Source: Octopus vulgaris
Taxonomy: Eukaryota
Direction of reading: 5' to 3'
Length of the DNA stretch: 64,000 nt
Assembly (NCBI GenBank): GCA_951406725.2
Contig: OX597820.1
Location: 70,742,001 to 70,806,000, forward strand
Part shown: one piece after another, positions 39,575 through 52,465 of the stretch
How positions within the stretch are numbered: position 1 is the stretch's first letter
How the letters are laid out: each line of letters starts with the position of its first letter
Made by a program: the position numbers and the translations under genes
The notes under the pieces: generated by a model
The model's input: the letters and a program-made list of their open reading frames with translations, nothing else
Database searches by the model: none
Told to the model about the DNA's origin: nothing

Positions 39575-40410
39575 GCTTCAGCGTGCTTGGGTGGTTAAGA
39601 ATCTCGCTTTACAACCACGTGATTTCGAGTTCAGTTCCACATCACCGCACCTTAAGAAATTGTCTTCCATTATGGCTGTGGGCCGACCAATACCTATTTC
39701 TTTATTACCCACAAGGGGCTGAACATAGAGGAGACAAACATGGACAAACATAGGTATTAAGTCGATTATATCGGCCTCAGTGCTTAACTGGTACTTAATT
39801 TATCGACCCCGAAAGGATGAAAGGCAAAGTCGACCTCGGCGGAATTTGAACTCACAACGTAACGGCAGACGAATACCTTGTAAGCAAAATAGTACTCAGA
39901 AACCGTGTGAAAGCGTGTCGTGTTTATATGTATGTGTATGTGTATGTGTGTGTGGTTTTGTGTGACCCCTACCTACGGCTTGACATCTCCGAACCCCAGC
40001 GGTTCAGCAAAAGAAACCGAAAAAATAACAAATATCAGGCTTTAAAAAGTCAATACTACCATGACAGATATCCAAACTACAGTGGAGAAAGCTAGCCACT
40101 GATTTGGTTAAAAAGCGACGATGAGCGATGGCTAGAAGAATATTGAGCTTTATTTGATAACCAGTTGATCTAGCAAGCGGAACCTCATATCAGTGAGGAG
40201 GGGCCGGTGCGCATTTATGCCGTCGAGAGGTAGGCTCCGAAACGGCGCGCATTCTCTCCTGATGACCCCATACACTTGACTGGTAGCACTTGCATATGAA
40301 AGTTGTTTGCAAGACATCAGGCTTTAAAACAGTAATAAACACAGGGGCCGATTTATTTGACCGAACCCTTCCGGGCGGTGCCCCAGTATGACCGCAGTCC
40401 TGAAAGAAAG
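39575..40410 (+). mobile_element. Old family A SINE carrying a family B insertion (39693-39872, minus) and a TSD-flanked insert (40048-40315)
   Basis: Family A segments resume after each insert; ATCAGGCTTTAAAA duplicated at 40034-40047 and 40316-40329. Confidence 0.7.
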
Positions 40411-41117
40411 AAGAGATGTATGATGACTAAAATAGGTGTTTGAAACAAATTAACATGAAATTTAGTTAGGAATTTCTGATTTCGACTTGTTTAAAATATG
40501 AAGGTTTTATCATAGAACCAAGAGGCGAGCAAAAACAACTACAATCTCTAGATTACCGTGATTGATTCGGAAAATGGTTGGACATAAAGCAAAACGAAAG
40601 AGAGAAGAAAAGAATTCATAGAACCAGAAGCAGGTATCGTAGAGAAAATATTGCTGTTCTTCATACTTATTTGCTAAACGTGCTTCCGTTGACAAGGTGA
40701 AAGCATTGGTAGAATTTCTATAGGTTATTGATACAGTTACTCAATGGCCGCAGTTCTCATTTCCGATTTATACAAAAGTGAGCATGTTGTATTCGGTCAA
40801 GAGAAAAGACACAAAATTGGAACATATCATGTGTCCGGGCAAAGCCAGTATAAATTAAAGTGACATGCCATTAGTGAGGCGTTCATCAAAGGAATGTTTA
40901 AATTGAGCGTCAGAAACCTTACATACACCCACGCGCACTCACACACACACTCCCCCACACACACACACACACATACACACATACACACACTTCTCTGTGG
41001 CTATTCTGAGATTGGCGTTTCCGATAACTCACAAAGGCACCGGAATACATCATATTCCAACAAAGAAATATAGTCTACTAAATGTACTGAGAACCATTTT
41101 CAATTCGTCTTGTATTT

Positions 41118-41207
<90 letters not shown>

Positions 41208-41514
41208 AACACACACAAACAAACACACAAACACACACACGGTGTCGACCTGGACTGGAATTGTTTCATCGACCCCTTAACGATGAAAGACCGAATTGAA
41301 CTTGGCGGAATTTGAACTCAGAGTGCTGAAAGTTAAAACAAATGTTGCGATATATACGACGGGATTCCAAAAATTTTCCGTCTACTAAATCTACTCACAA
41401 GGTTCTGGCCGGTCCGAGGCTACAGTAGACAACATTTGTCCGCTGTACTTGAAACCATGTTGGAAAATAAACTTCTTAATATGTAAAAATGAGTGTGTGT
41501 GAATATGTAAAAAT

Positions 41515-41610
<96 letters not shown>

Positions 41611-41973
41611 GTGTGTGTGTGATTATTCAGTTTTATTTCAAGATTTCTTGCCAATAAAGAAAGAGTCGATTTCTAACCTAGACCCAAAGCTCCTTCATTG
41701 GAATTTCATCAACATCAACAGGGTATTTTTGTATGTATGTAAATGTGCATATTTGTATGTTTTGCTTATGTATGTATGTATGTATGTATGTATGTATGTA
41801 TGTATGTATGTATGTATGTATGTATGTATGTATGTGTGTGTGTATGTATGCATGTATGCATGTATGTATGCATGTATGCAAGTATGTATGTATGTATGTA
41901 TGTATGTATGTATGTATGTATGTATATATGTATATATGTATATATGTATGTATGTGTGTGTATGTATGTATGT

Positions 41974-42990
41974 GTCAACGACGGAAAGGCCTTCGACAGC
42001 CTCCTGATGATCGCAGTGCCGAAATCTCTAGAAATGCAAGGAAACATCGAGCTGCAATAAACCAAACTACTCAGAGATGCGAACTCTGGACGCTCCGCTG
42101 ATATAACTCAGCTTTTTCCACCAGTAAGAGTTCCAACTGAGAAGGGCGCCAAACAAAGAGATGCCATCTTTCAGAAACTCTTTACCGCATGTCTAGAAGT
42201 GGTCATCAGAATGAGTAGTTGGCTTGGACATCATCAGCGAAAGCGAAAAGTTCGCCGTTTCGCAAATGGCATTGTATTCATCGTCGAAATCAAAGATTAG
42301 CTGCAGACAATGCTGATAGAGCTGGGTACCTATAGCTCAGCAGTAGGCCATGAAAACAAAATACATGCAATCTGAAAACGTAGTACCAGGCGAATAGAGG
42401 TGAGAAGCGATGAAATCGAGAAAATAAAAGTGTGCGTCTACTTCAGAAACACAGTGAATATGCAGCGAAACATGAATGTTGAAATTTCGAAGAGAATAAG
42501 AGCAGGATGGAAAACGTTTACTTCAATACGTAAAGGATGTGCTCAAGCAAAGCTGGACAAGACCATCCGTACCAAACTCTTCAGTGGCATCGCTCTGCCT
42601 ACGTTCTTATATGTAAGTGAGATGTGGGCTACTGCGAAGAGGGAAGTGCATCGATTAGGTATAACGCAAAGGGCCATAGAAAGATCCATATTACGGATAA
42701 CATTGCAGGAGTATATCCGAAATGAAATAGTTCGAGAACGGGTCCGAGTGAATGATATGATCATTGAATACTAAAATCGCAAGTTCTGGAGGATCGGACG
42801 TGTTGCAAGATTCACAGAAAGCAAGGGGACCAGTGCAATTGCTATTTACTGATCTCCAAGATGTAAAGGTTACTCGGAAAGACTCCACGGTGATGAAGAC
42901 GATTTAGTTATACAATTTGGGCCAAGATGGAAAAAGAATGGCGCAATCAACAAAAATTGGAAGCGTGTTGTGACCGGCGATGCATGACAA
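41974..42990 (+). mobile_element. Decayed RTE-clade LINE (RT to 3' end)
   Basis: VNDGKAFDSL; KGAKQRDAIFQKLFTACLE; RFANGIVF (cf. RFADDIVL); ORF 42400-42774 EISKRIRAGWKTF...LYVSEMWA. Confidence 0.88.
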
Positions 42991-43019
42991 AGTGAGATAG
43001 TCTGGATAGTCTGATACAG

Positions 43020-43068
<49 letters not shown>

Positions 43069-43155
43069 GGTAGCAAAAAATTCAATAGAAATTATTTTGC
43101 CACCAGCGGTCTTGTGAGAAAGAGGAAATAGTCAGAGACTATTAATAAATTCAAC

Positions 43156-43327
43156 AACAAATTGAGGAACGGCTATAATAGGCCGTTCGACCCACTAGAA
43201 GAAGCAGCCAGGGCTCCATGTTTTTTAATTTTTCATCTGATTCCGGAATTACTACTATTTGCGGTTGGAGCCCTGGCTGCTTCTTCTAGTGGGTCGAACG
43301 GCCTATTATAGCCGTTCCTCAATTTGT

Positions 43328-43328
<1 letters not shown>
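43156..43328. repeat. Perfect 63-bp inverted repeat in an insert between (TA)n tracts
   Basis: 43156-43218 is the reverse complement of 43266-43328. Confidence 0.92.
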
Positions 43329-43384
<56 letters not shown>

Positions 43385-43387
<3 letters not shown>

Positions 43388-43716
43388 AATTGTAGCGTGG
43401 AAGGTGTTTATAAGCTATTTAAAAACACACAAAAACCGTTAGATTCACTTCAACATTTAAATTTAATTTGCTAAAATATTTTCGTCGCTTTGAGACCGCG
43501 ACCTGTTCACTGATGCTGCACGGAATTTTGTCAGTGAACAGGTCGCGGTCTCAAAGCGACGAAAATATTTCGGAAATTAAATTTAAATGTTTGAAGTGAA
43601 TCTAACGGTTTTTGTGTGTTTCTTAAATGGCTTATAAACACCTTCCATGCTGCAATTATTTTCGTTCCAGCACATGTCTCAGATCAGGTCACAAGCTATG
43701 CAAGTACATCTCCGTA
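43385..43716. mobile_element. Head-to-head inverted pair of the G3:C8 HHR element between (TA)n tracts
   Basis: Minus copy 43385-43513, plus copy ~43512-43716; both keep GTGAACAG-gtcgc...gcgac-GAAAATATTT. Confidence 0.88.
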
Positions 43717-43727
43717 ATAAATAAATA

Positions 43728-43765
<38 letters not shown>

Positions 43766-43904
43766 GAAATTAGCACCATTAAGATTCAAGTCAATTCTAA
43801 TGAATTCACTTGAATATGGAGGGCTTAACAAATAGTAGATGCATTTAAGAAAACTATATGGTGTTAACCAATACAGTAGTGTGGGGTGATTCTTTTCTTT
43901 TCTC

Positions 43905-43961
<57 letters not shown>

Positions 43962-43988
43962 GTATGTATGTATGTATATGTATGTATG

Positions 43989-44020
<32 letters not shown>

Positions 44021-44091
44021 TGTATGTTTGTATGTATGTATGTATGTATGTATGTATGTATGCATGTATGCATGTATATATATATATATAA

Positions 44092-44409
44092 TATAAAGTA
44101 ATGGAGAGTTTGAACACAACAAAATCAATTTATTTATTTGCATACTAGTCAAATTCATAACGCTTACGCGCGTTTCAATATCTACCTTTATTCATATTTT
44201 ACAATTGATATTTTACAATTAAAAATTTGCATTATGAATTTAGAAAGTAAAAATCTCTTCAGGGGAAAAAATTGACATGTTCATTTACATCCTAATAGAT
44301 GTAGTGCTCACTACAGCCTGAATGACAGCATGTGTGTGTGCGTTAGCATGTGTTTCCTTGGATTCTATGTACGGGAGTGTTTCTTATAGACTGACTGGCA
44401 TTATGTGTA

Positions 44410-44458
<49 letters not shown>

Positions 44459-44790
44459 GCATGTTTGTCTTTGGATTTTGTTCTGAAAATAGCTAGAATT
44501 TAAACTTTGGCCCAAGTGGACAATGGCTAGTTGTACTGAGAATGTTAGGTCATACTACTAATTCCCCTCGATGGAATTTAGATATTTTTTCTTTTATAAA
44601 TTGGCTGGTTGTCGCTCTACTCGCTACCTGCTTGTCAAGAGAGCAAAATAAAGATATAAATATGCAATATATATATTTTTTATATATTTGCAAGTAACCA
44701 AATAAATTTCGCGTAGGCGTTATGAAATTGACTACTATGTAAATAAATAAATTGATTTTGCTGTGTTCAGACACACCATTTTCTTTATAT
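44092..44790. mobile_element. Inverted pair of another HHR element; HHR on minus at 44161-44265
   Basis: Arms 44092-44170 and 44711-44790; cccc-CTGAAGA-gat...att-GAAA-cgcgcg-TA with palindromic ACGCGCGT. Confidence 0.7.
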
Positions 44791-44952
44791 TATATTACTA
44801 AAATTTTGTTCTCATATATCGAATAGATGAAAACATCTATAAATTGATCGATATAGAGATAAACCGGTGGATGCTTGGGTGTAAGACATCCCTGGAAAGA
44901 GCAATTTCTTTCCATACAAAACTTTATAAACACTCGTTATATTCATATATAT

Positions 44953-45058
<106 letters not shown>

Positions 45059-45069
45059 ATGTGTGCGAT

Positions 45070-45410
45070 TTGAGTTTGATGTTCCAGCAATGGTAGTATT
45101 GTTTTTTCACCTATCCTTCTGCTTCCAGGCGTATTGAGAAAGAGGGTTTCTAGTTTGCGTTCGAGTTCTCATGTTGAAAGCTTTATGTTTTGAATGTCCT
45201 ATACTGTTCGTTTCCATCTTTGTTCTGTGCTGAAAGGCCTTTGTGATATATTTGTTGCTAGGTGGACATGGATTATTGTTGTTGCAAATGTAATCTGACT
45301 GTTGTATTGTGGATTTTCCGCCTTTGGAAATTTTAGATGCGTTAATTTTCAAACAATTCTAGCTAGCCTTGACATTGATCTTATTGAAGCACGCTTGATA
45401 TTTATGCTTT
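45070..45410 (-). mobile_element. PLE remnant (Neptune-like Cys linker / GIY-YIG region)
   Basis: ICNNNNPCPPSNKYI...HKAFNMR...LSQYAWKQKD resembles the CxC..CPL..C and LSxYIWxLK motifs; internally deleted. Confidence 0.55.
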
Positions 45411-45598
45411 ATACTGCATTGATTACATATCAAAAGCAGCAATAACCAAGAATATTAGGTGCAGGCATGGCTGTGTGCTTAAGAAACACGCTTTCTAGCC
45501 AAGTGCGGCACTTCGGGCAAGTATCTTCTGTTATAGCTCTGGGCCGGCCAACGCCTTGTCAGTGAATTTGGTAAACGAAAACTGTGTAGATTCCCGTC

Positions 45599-45632
<34 letters not shown>

Positions 45633-45730
45633 TATAATTTCAACAATTGAGGGTAAAATTAATTAATTAATCAATTTCACCAAGTATTCAGTATGCAAAG
45701 GGACCATTTAAGGCGAATTCAAATTATTAC

Positions 45731-45833
45731 ATTATATAAAAGGGCTTAGTAAAATAAATTACTTTGCCGCATACTGAACTCATTCTAATGAGTTCAGTAT
45801 GCGGCAAAAGTAATTTATTTTACTAAGCCCTTT

Positions 45834-45841
<8 letters not shown>
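45731..45841. repeat. Near-perfect 111-bp palindrome between (TA)n tracts
   Basis: Centre catt-ct-aatg at 45781-45790; arms differ by a single indel. Confidence 0.92.
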
Positions 45842-45879
<38 letters not shown>

Positions 45880-46074
45880 TCATCATCATCATCATAATCA
45901 TGTAGAACCGTTAATCCCAACACATATTTTTCTTTCTCCCTTTTTCTTTCCTCTTAATCCTCTCTGTCGAAGAGCGCAGGCTCCAAACATATAAGACTTT
46001 TCTATTCTTCTTTCCCAAACTAATACACCTGCTTCGTCTTTTGTTTTCTGCAAATGTGAACTATATATATATAT

Positions 46075-46460
46075 GGTATGGTAAGTAGCTTGTTTACCAA
46101 CCACATGGTTCCGGGTTCAGTCCCACTGCGTGGCACCTTGGGCGAGTGTCTTCTACTATAGCCTCGGGCCGACCAAAGCTTTGTGAGTGGATTTGGTAGA
46201 CGGAAACGGAAAGAAGCCCGTCGTATATATGTATATATATATATATGCGTGTGTGTGTTTGTGTGTCTGTGTTTGTCCCCCTAGCATTGCTTGACAACCG
46301 ATGCTGGTGTGTTTATGTCCCCGTTACTTAGCGGTTCGGCAAAAGAGACCGATAGAATAAGTACTGGACTTACAAAGAATAAGTCCCGGGGTCGATTTGC
46401 TCGATTAAAGGCGGTGCTCCAGCATGGCCGCAGTCAAATGACTGAAACAAGTAAAAGAGT
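46075..46460 (+). mobile_element. SINE family A
   Basis: Head slightly truncated; full core, microsatellite and tail. Confidence 0.9.
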
Positions 46461-46513
<53 letters not shown>

Positions 46514-46866
46514 CATATAAGTGAGTGTGTGTGTGTTTTGATTTGTTCCCATTCCACCGCTTGGCAACCGGTGTTGGTTTGTTGACGTCTCCACTGATAG
46601 AACGAATACCAGAATTTAAAAATAAGCGCAGTGGGGGCGATTTTTTTCGACTAATCCTATTAAGGCAATACCCCGGCATGGCTGTAGTTCAATGACTCAA
46701 TCAAGTAAAAGATTAAAAGTTTAAAGAAAGGTATCAAATGAAATGTCTGCCATATTTTAACTTTTTTTACCTATTTTACCGAAACTCAGACAATGTCTTC
46801 GTGGTTCACACCTCTCTACATTTAAACATATAAAAAAATATATTTCCGATAAAATGCACACTGACA

Positions 46867-46922
<56 letters not shown>

Positions 46923-47289
46923 TGCACACACACGCGCGCGCACACATGCTAACACGAACAGGAAAACAAACAAACACAAACATTAAATTTTCTGCTATTA
47001 TTTCCTTTGACTGAGGCATCTCTTCTACTGAGAAACATCATACAATTCTGTTAATTCCGCCGGCCATTATCCAGCTTACTGATTTATATTCCGTTTCTTG
47101 ACGAGAAGCCACAATCCAAAACTTTCCTCTGTTTCTCCTTTACATCGTAAAATTAATTATTGTACTCCTGCTTATTTACTGTGTGAAAATTCTTTTCTTT
47201 CTCCTCATTTCTGAGGTTTTTTGGGATGTAAACCAGCTAATGTTTCTTTTCCAGCCTCTACTTTTCTCTGGTGCATCTCACGCGTATAC

Positions 47290-47706
47290 TCTCTTTCCCT
47301 TTACTCTTTTACTTGTTTCAGTCATTTGACTGCGGCCATGCTGGAGCACCGCCTTTAGTCGAGCAAATCGACCCCAGGACTTATTCTTTGTAAGCCCAGT
47401 ACTTATTCTATCGGTCTCTTTTGCCGAACCGCTAAGTGACGGGGACGTAAACACACCAGCATCGGTTGTCATGCAATGCTAGGGGAACAAACACAAACAC
47501 ACAAACACACACACATACATATATATATATATACACATATATACGACAGGCTTCTTTCAGTTTCCGTCTACCAAATCCACTCACAAGGCATTGGTCGGCC
47601 CGGAGCTATAGCAGAAGACACTAGCCCAAGATGCCACGCAGTGGGACTGAACCCGGAACCATGTGGTTGGTTAGCAAGCTACTTACCACACAGCCACTCC
47701 TGCGCC
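47290..47706 (-). mobile_element. SINE family A, full length
   Basis: ggcgcaggagTGGCTGTGTGG...GGTTCAGTCCC to the (aaaagagt)n tail. Confidence 0.92.
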
Positions 47707-48119
47707 TATTCTAATTTTTCATCTCGTTTGAATGCGCCATTGCAGTAAAGTATGCTTCAGTTGTACTTGTTCCTACCGGGGAATAGTCTGGACACCATCC
47801 TCTGAATATTTATCGACAGTGTGCCAACATTGAGAGGAAACTCTCAATATATATAAGAGAGACGATTTACTTATTTCGTATTTAATGATCTATATGTGTG
47901 TGCATGAATGCTGATGACTGCCAATTGGTGCTCCTCAACATTTATATGTACGCATACTGCTGCCTTTAAACTAATAAATGAATATACTCTACAACGGTTA
48001 TTGAGTGCTAAATGAATGTGTGCGTACGTATCTGTGAACAAGATCCACGGCCAGTTTCTCTACAGCAAGAGAGTCGTTTATCGAAAGAAGATAAAATGTT
48101 TGTTGTTGTTGTTGTTGGC

Positions 48120-48160
<41 letters not shown>

Positions 48161-48563
48161 GGATGATGATGATGATGATGGTGACGATGATGATGATGAT
48201 GATGATGTTGATGATGATGATGTTGATGATGATGATGATGATGATGATGATGTGTTCCTGGCTGTCGTAGTGAACGCAACGGTAGCAGCTGTGGAGATGA
48301 CAGCGATAATGGCAGTCACAGCGGTGGTGAGGACGACAAAGACGGCGACGGCAGCTGCAGCGATGGTAATGGCGAGAATGATGACTGCGGCAACAGTAGC
48401 AGTCACAATGAGGGTAGCTGCCATGGAGACGGTTAGCAGTGACTAGCAATACTAATGAGTTTAGTTTAATCAGGATATTAAAACTTACTTCAAGTTTAGA
48501 TAATAACTCTCTGAAGAAGACTTTTTCATTTATTTCCTTTTATCGTTTTTCTCTGTGCGCACA

Positions 48564-49202
48564 TCTATTATATAAAATCCGTTCTGTCTGTCTGTGTGTG
48601 TGTGTGCGTGTGTGTGTGTGTGCGTGTGTGTGTGTGTGTGCGTGTGTGTGTGTGTGCGTGTGCGTGTGTATTTTAGGATCTCGGGCATCCTCCATCCGAT
48701 TGCGCTCAAATTTGATTTGTAGATACCGACGGTATCAGGACGTGCATAAGACTTGAAATAATTACAAAAATCGATTCCAGGTGAGAATGCGATCGATAAA
48801 GCCGTGGGGGCGTGCATTTGTACGCGCAAGTACATCAGCTGTTGCGATGGATACTACGCGTACGCGAGAAAAATGCACGTTGTTTTTGTACTGCTTAAAG
48901 GTACGTTTCTTTCCTGCCAAGCTTACTATTTAAACCATGTTTGTGTTCTCCCAGTCAACAGCCTTATCATTACTGGTACTTTAAACTACTCGGTTGCATA
49001 TTTGTGTGAATAAAATCGTTTTTCTTTGGAATAGAAAAAAGTCTATCTTTATTTTTTCTTTTGCTGGTATATCAAATTTAGGTTAAATCAGTGTTTCTCA
49101 AAGGGGAGGCCTATGGGACGGTCGGACAAGTTGTTTTGAAAAAAATTGGTTTAAATGTTTGACAACTCCGCACCGTCCATTGGACGGGGGGCGTTTTGCT
49201 CG
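48564..49202 (+). mobile_element. Non-autonomous Helitron
   Basis: A|TCTATTATATAAAATCC 5' end, (GTCT/GT)n, ccgattgcgctcaaatttg, subterminal hairpin ccgtcca-t-tggacgg (49173-49187), 3' CTCG|T. Confidence 0.72.
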
Positions 49203-49244
49203 TATACATATATGTATACATACATACATACATACATACATACA

Positions 49245-49278
<34 letters not shown>

Positions 49279-49364
49279 CATACATATACATATATATATA
49301 TATATATATATATCAAATATACATATATATACATATAGGATATAAAATATATATATATATATAT

Positions 49365-49500
49365 ATATCGGGTGCAAATACTCCCGCACGGAGTTTGATA
49401 TTCCCCTGATATTGTTTGGGTGTGCAAATTATTTTCACCTAATGAGGTGCCTTAATTTAAGTGCCTAATTCAACAGAATCTTAACTGTATTTTTTAAAAC
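49365..49500. repeat. ~140-bp direct repeat (second copy 51220-51356)
   Basis: tcgggtgcaaatact...cacctaatgaggtgccttaatttaagtgcc; each copy lies between (TA)n and (GATA)n. Confidence 0.9.
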
Positions 49501-49570
<70 letters not shown>

Positions 49571-49649
49571 CTATGCATGTAATTATATATATACATGTAT
49601 GTATGTATGTATGTATGTATGTATGTATGTATGTATGTATGTATGAGAG

Positions 49650-49878
49650 AGCATATATCCAGTATGAAGAACTTAAGCGAGCTGCGCGAAAGCGCACGGC
49701 TCATATAGTGAATGGGGAAAGCTTGGTCTGCAATGTTTGCAGTCGTGTATGCTTGTCAAGAGCAGGGCTCATTAGCCACCAACGGAGCCGCAAATGCAAA
49801 ATATAAGTTAGTCCTAGAGCGCACAACGTTCCTGAAGGTCGGCAATGGTCTTCCTCGGTCACGAGTGGACGGCCATCA
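49650..49878 (+). mobile_element. RTE (BovB-like) 3' end with C-terminal zinc finger
   Basis: EELKRAARKR...LVCNVCSRVCLSRAGLISHQRSRKCKI*, short 3' UTR, (TGTA)n flank. Confidence 0.75.
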
Positions 49879-49974
49879 TGTATGTATGTATGTATGTATG
49901 TATGTATGTATGTATGTATGTATGTATGTATGTATGTATGTATGTATGTATGTATGCATATGTGCGTATATATA

Positions 49975-51146
49975 CACAGACATACAGGAAATAAATAGAC
50001 ACCTTTAATTTTCAAAATCTTTTATTTAATACACAAAGCGAACAATTGAAATGTAATCGATAGGTAGGACTACATACTTTTGTATTTAGTTGACATTCCC
50101 TTTGCAGTTTTTAATTCAGAAGCTCTTTTTGGCATTGAACTGACGAGCTTTGTGATTGTCTCTTGTAGAATTTATGCCCACTTTTCACGCAACAATTGAA
50201 ACAATTCATCTTTAGATTTAGGTTTCTGTCGATTTTTTCACATAGCTCTATCTAGTATGCTCCAACAATTTTCAATTGGGTTCATGTCAGAAGATTGGCT
50301 TGGCCCAGGGAGCTTTTTGATCCCATTTTCAGTCAGCCATTGTTGATTCCTTTTCGCTGTGTTTCATGGAACCCCATCTTCCATGAATAAAATTCACTTT
50401 TCGTTTATGTTATCGTATGAATACATCGGAAGCAGTCCTTGCTTAAGTATTTCGATATATTTTTCAGAGTTTATGGTTCCAACACATTCGATCAGCTGAG
50501 AACGACCATTGCTGCCTCCAGACCCAAACACGTCCACTGTCTGAAAATAATGCAAATCTGGATTCATCTAAGAAAATCACTCTATCCCAAAATGAACTGG
50601 ATTTTTCTGACATCTTAGCCTATTTCATTCTTTTCATGATAATTGGTTGAAGGAGAGGTTTTCTTCTAGCTGCTCGTCCATAATACCCAAGCTTATGCAG
50701 ATGTGTAGCACACGTTCTTGGACTAACTTCTAGCTGTTTTGCAATGTCAGAAGCCTTCGAACGGGGTTCGTTTTCCACAATTCTCTTCAAGCAGCTAAGC
50801 TTCCTTTCCGAGGGCCCAGGTCGGCTGGAACGAGATTCTGTTGATTCTTTTCCTTGGCTTCTGAATTGCATTATGATTCTATTGCCAGTAGCAAGAGAAA
50901 TTTGAAGATTTTCGGCAAATTTTCGCTGGCTAACACCAACCTCAGCAATACGACCTCTTTATAAATCTGACTGTAGAGCTGAATTTTTTGTGCGTGGCAT
51001 GGCTACTCTTCGGAAATGTTTAATATAATGGCACCTGAAATGAAAAAAGAATAATTACATTGTAAATTCTACAGCGCTGAAAATACATTAAGACGCTTAG
51101 AAATTTTGAAAATTAAAGGTGTCTATTTACTTTCTGCATGTCTGTG
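49975..51146 (-). mobile_element. Tc1-family transposon with ~45-bp TIRs, TA duplication and a pseudogenised transposase
   Basis: TIR cacagacat.cag.aa.taaatagacacctttaattttcaaaat; ATG ~51000; ARRKPLL, IFLDESRF, FMEDGVP, SQSSDMNPIENCW (DDE). Confidence 0.93.
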
Positions 51147-51167
51147 TATACATACATACATATATAC

Positions 51168-51204
<37 letters not shown>

Positions 51205-51375
51205 GACATATATTTATATATATCGAGTGCAAATACTTCTGCACAGTATTTGATATTCCCCTGATATTGTTTGAGTGTGCAAATTATTTTCACCTAATGA
51301 GGTGCCTTAATTTAAGTGCCTAATTCACCAGAATCTTAATTGTACTTTTTAAAAACATATAGATAGATAGATATG

Positions 51376-51454
<79 letters not shown>

Positions 51455-51463
51455 TAGATAGAT

Positions 51464-51522
<59 letters not shown>

Positions 51523-51524
<2 letters not shown>

Positions 51525-51624
51525 CGCAGGAGTGGCTGTGAGGTTAGTAACTTACTTACCAACCACATGGTTCCGGGTTCAGTCCCACAACGGGGAACCT
51601 TGGGCAAGTGTCTTCTACTATAGC
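51523..51624 (+). mobile_element. SINE family A head only
   Basis: ggcgcaggagtggctgtg...tcttctactatagc. Confidence 0.85.
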
Positions 51625-51673
51625 TAAGGAAGAGGAGGGAGTAAAAATATGCATGTGTGCGTATATATATACA

Positions 51674-51710
51674 CGAGCAAAACGCCCCCCGTTTAATGGA
51701 CGGTGCTGAC
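51674..51710 (-). mobile_element. Second Helitron 3' terminus
   Basis: Reverse complement of 49168-49202 (hairpin plus ttttgctcg|t). Confidence 0.6.
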
Positions 51711-52465
51711 TCATATCTGCTGAATAAAAAGCAATCAGTGTTTTCTTTTCATTAAAAAATAATTAAGCTTGCCTTTATTTCACTAAAATTTTTTGTTTTG
51801 TTAAACGAAGTTAAGGCAAACAAAACACTTCTTGAGAAACCAAATAGTCTTTCCTTCCTTCATGCCAAGTTTGAAGAAAATATCCATTTTGCATCTTACT
51901 TTTTCGGTCTCTTAAATATACTGCTTTGATTCTGCTCGAGAATTACATTAAGAGTACACGTGTCTGTGGACTATTCATCTACTTACACGTTAATTCAAGA
52001 GCAGCTAATTTAGTTGAGCAGACAGTTTTATCCTCATCGTCGAACGACGGAGATCCACTCATCCATAATCCGTAAAAAAAAAGCCCGATATTTTCTCTTA
52101 CACAATTCATTCTTTAATATGGCTAAGTAATCAAAGGTGAGCTGACAGAACTGTTATCACGCTGAGCAAAATAATTTGTAGCATTTCGTCCGTCTTTACG
52201 TTCTGAATTGAAATACCGTCGATGTCGACTTTGTCTCTCGGTCGATAAAATGAGCACCAGTTGAGTATTGAAGTCGATGTAGTTGACTCATCCCCTCCTC
52301 AGCAATTGATAGCCTTCTGTCAAAATTTGAAACTTGTGAGGACTAGTAATTTACTATTCAAAGCAGAAGAGCCATTTCCCAATGATATTCCAACTGTGGC
52401 CATCCCTTTTTGTATATTTTTATAGGACTACTTTTATTCATGCGCTGTTCCAATTTTTAACAATG

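Noticed and set aside
42004-42024. CTGATGA...GAAA hammerhead-like motif
   Set aside because: Lies inside RTE RT coding sequence (KAFDSLLMIAVPK), with no stem I and a weak stem II; chance match
49365-49500. Direct repeats as LTRs or as an HHR (ctaatga)
   Set aside because: No TG...CA ends, PBS or PPT; interior is unrelated TEs; no GAAA after the putative stem II
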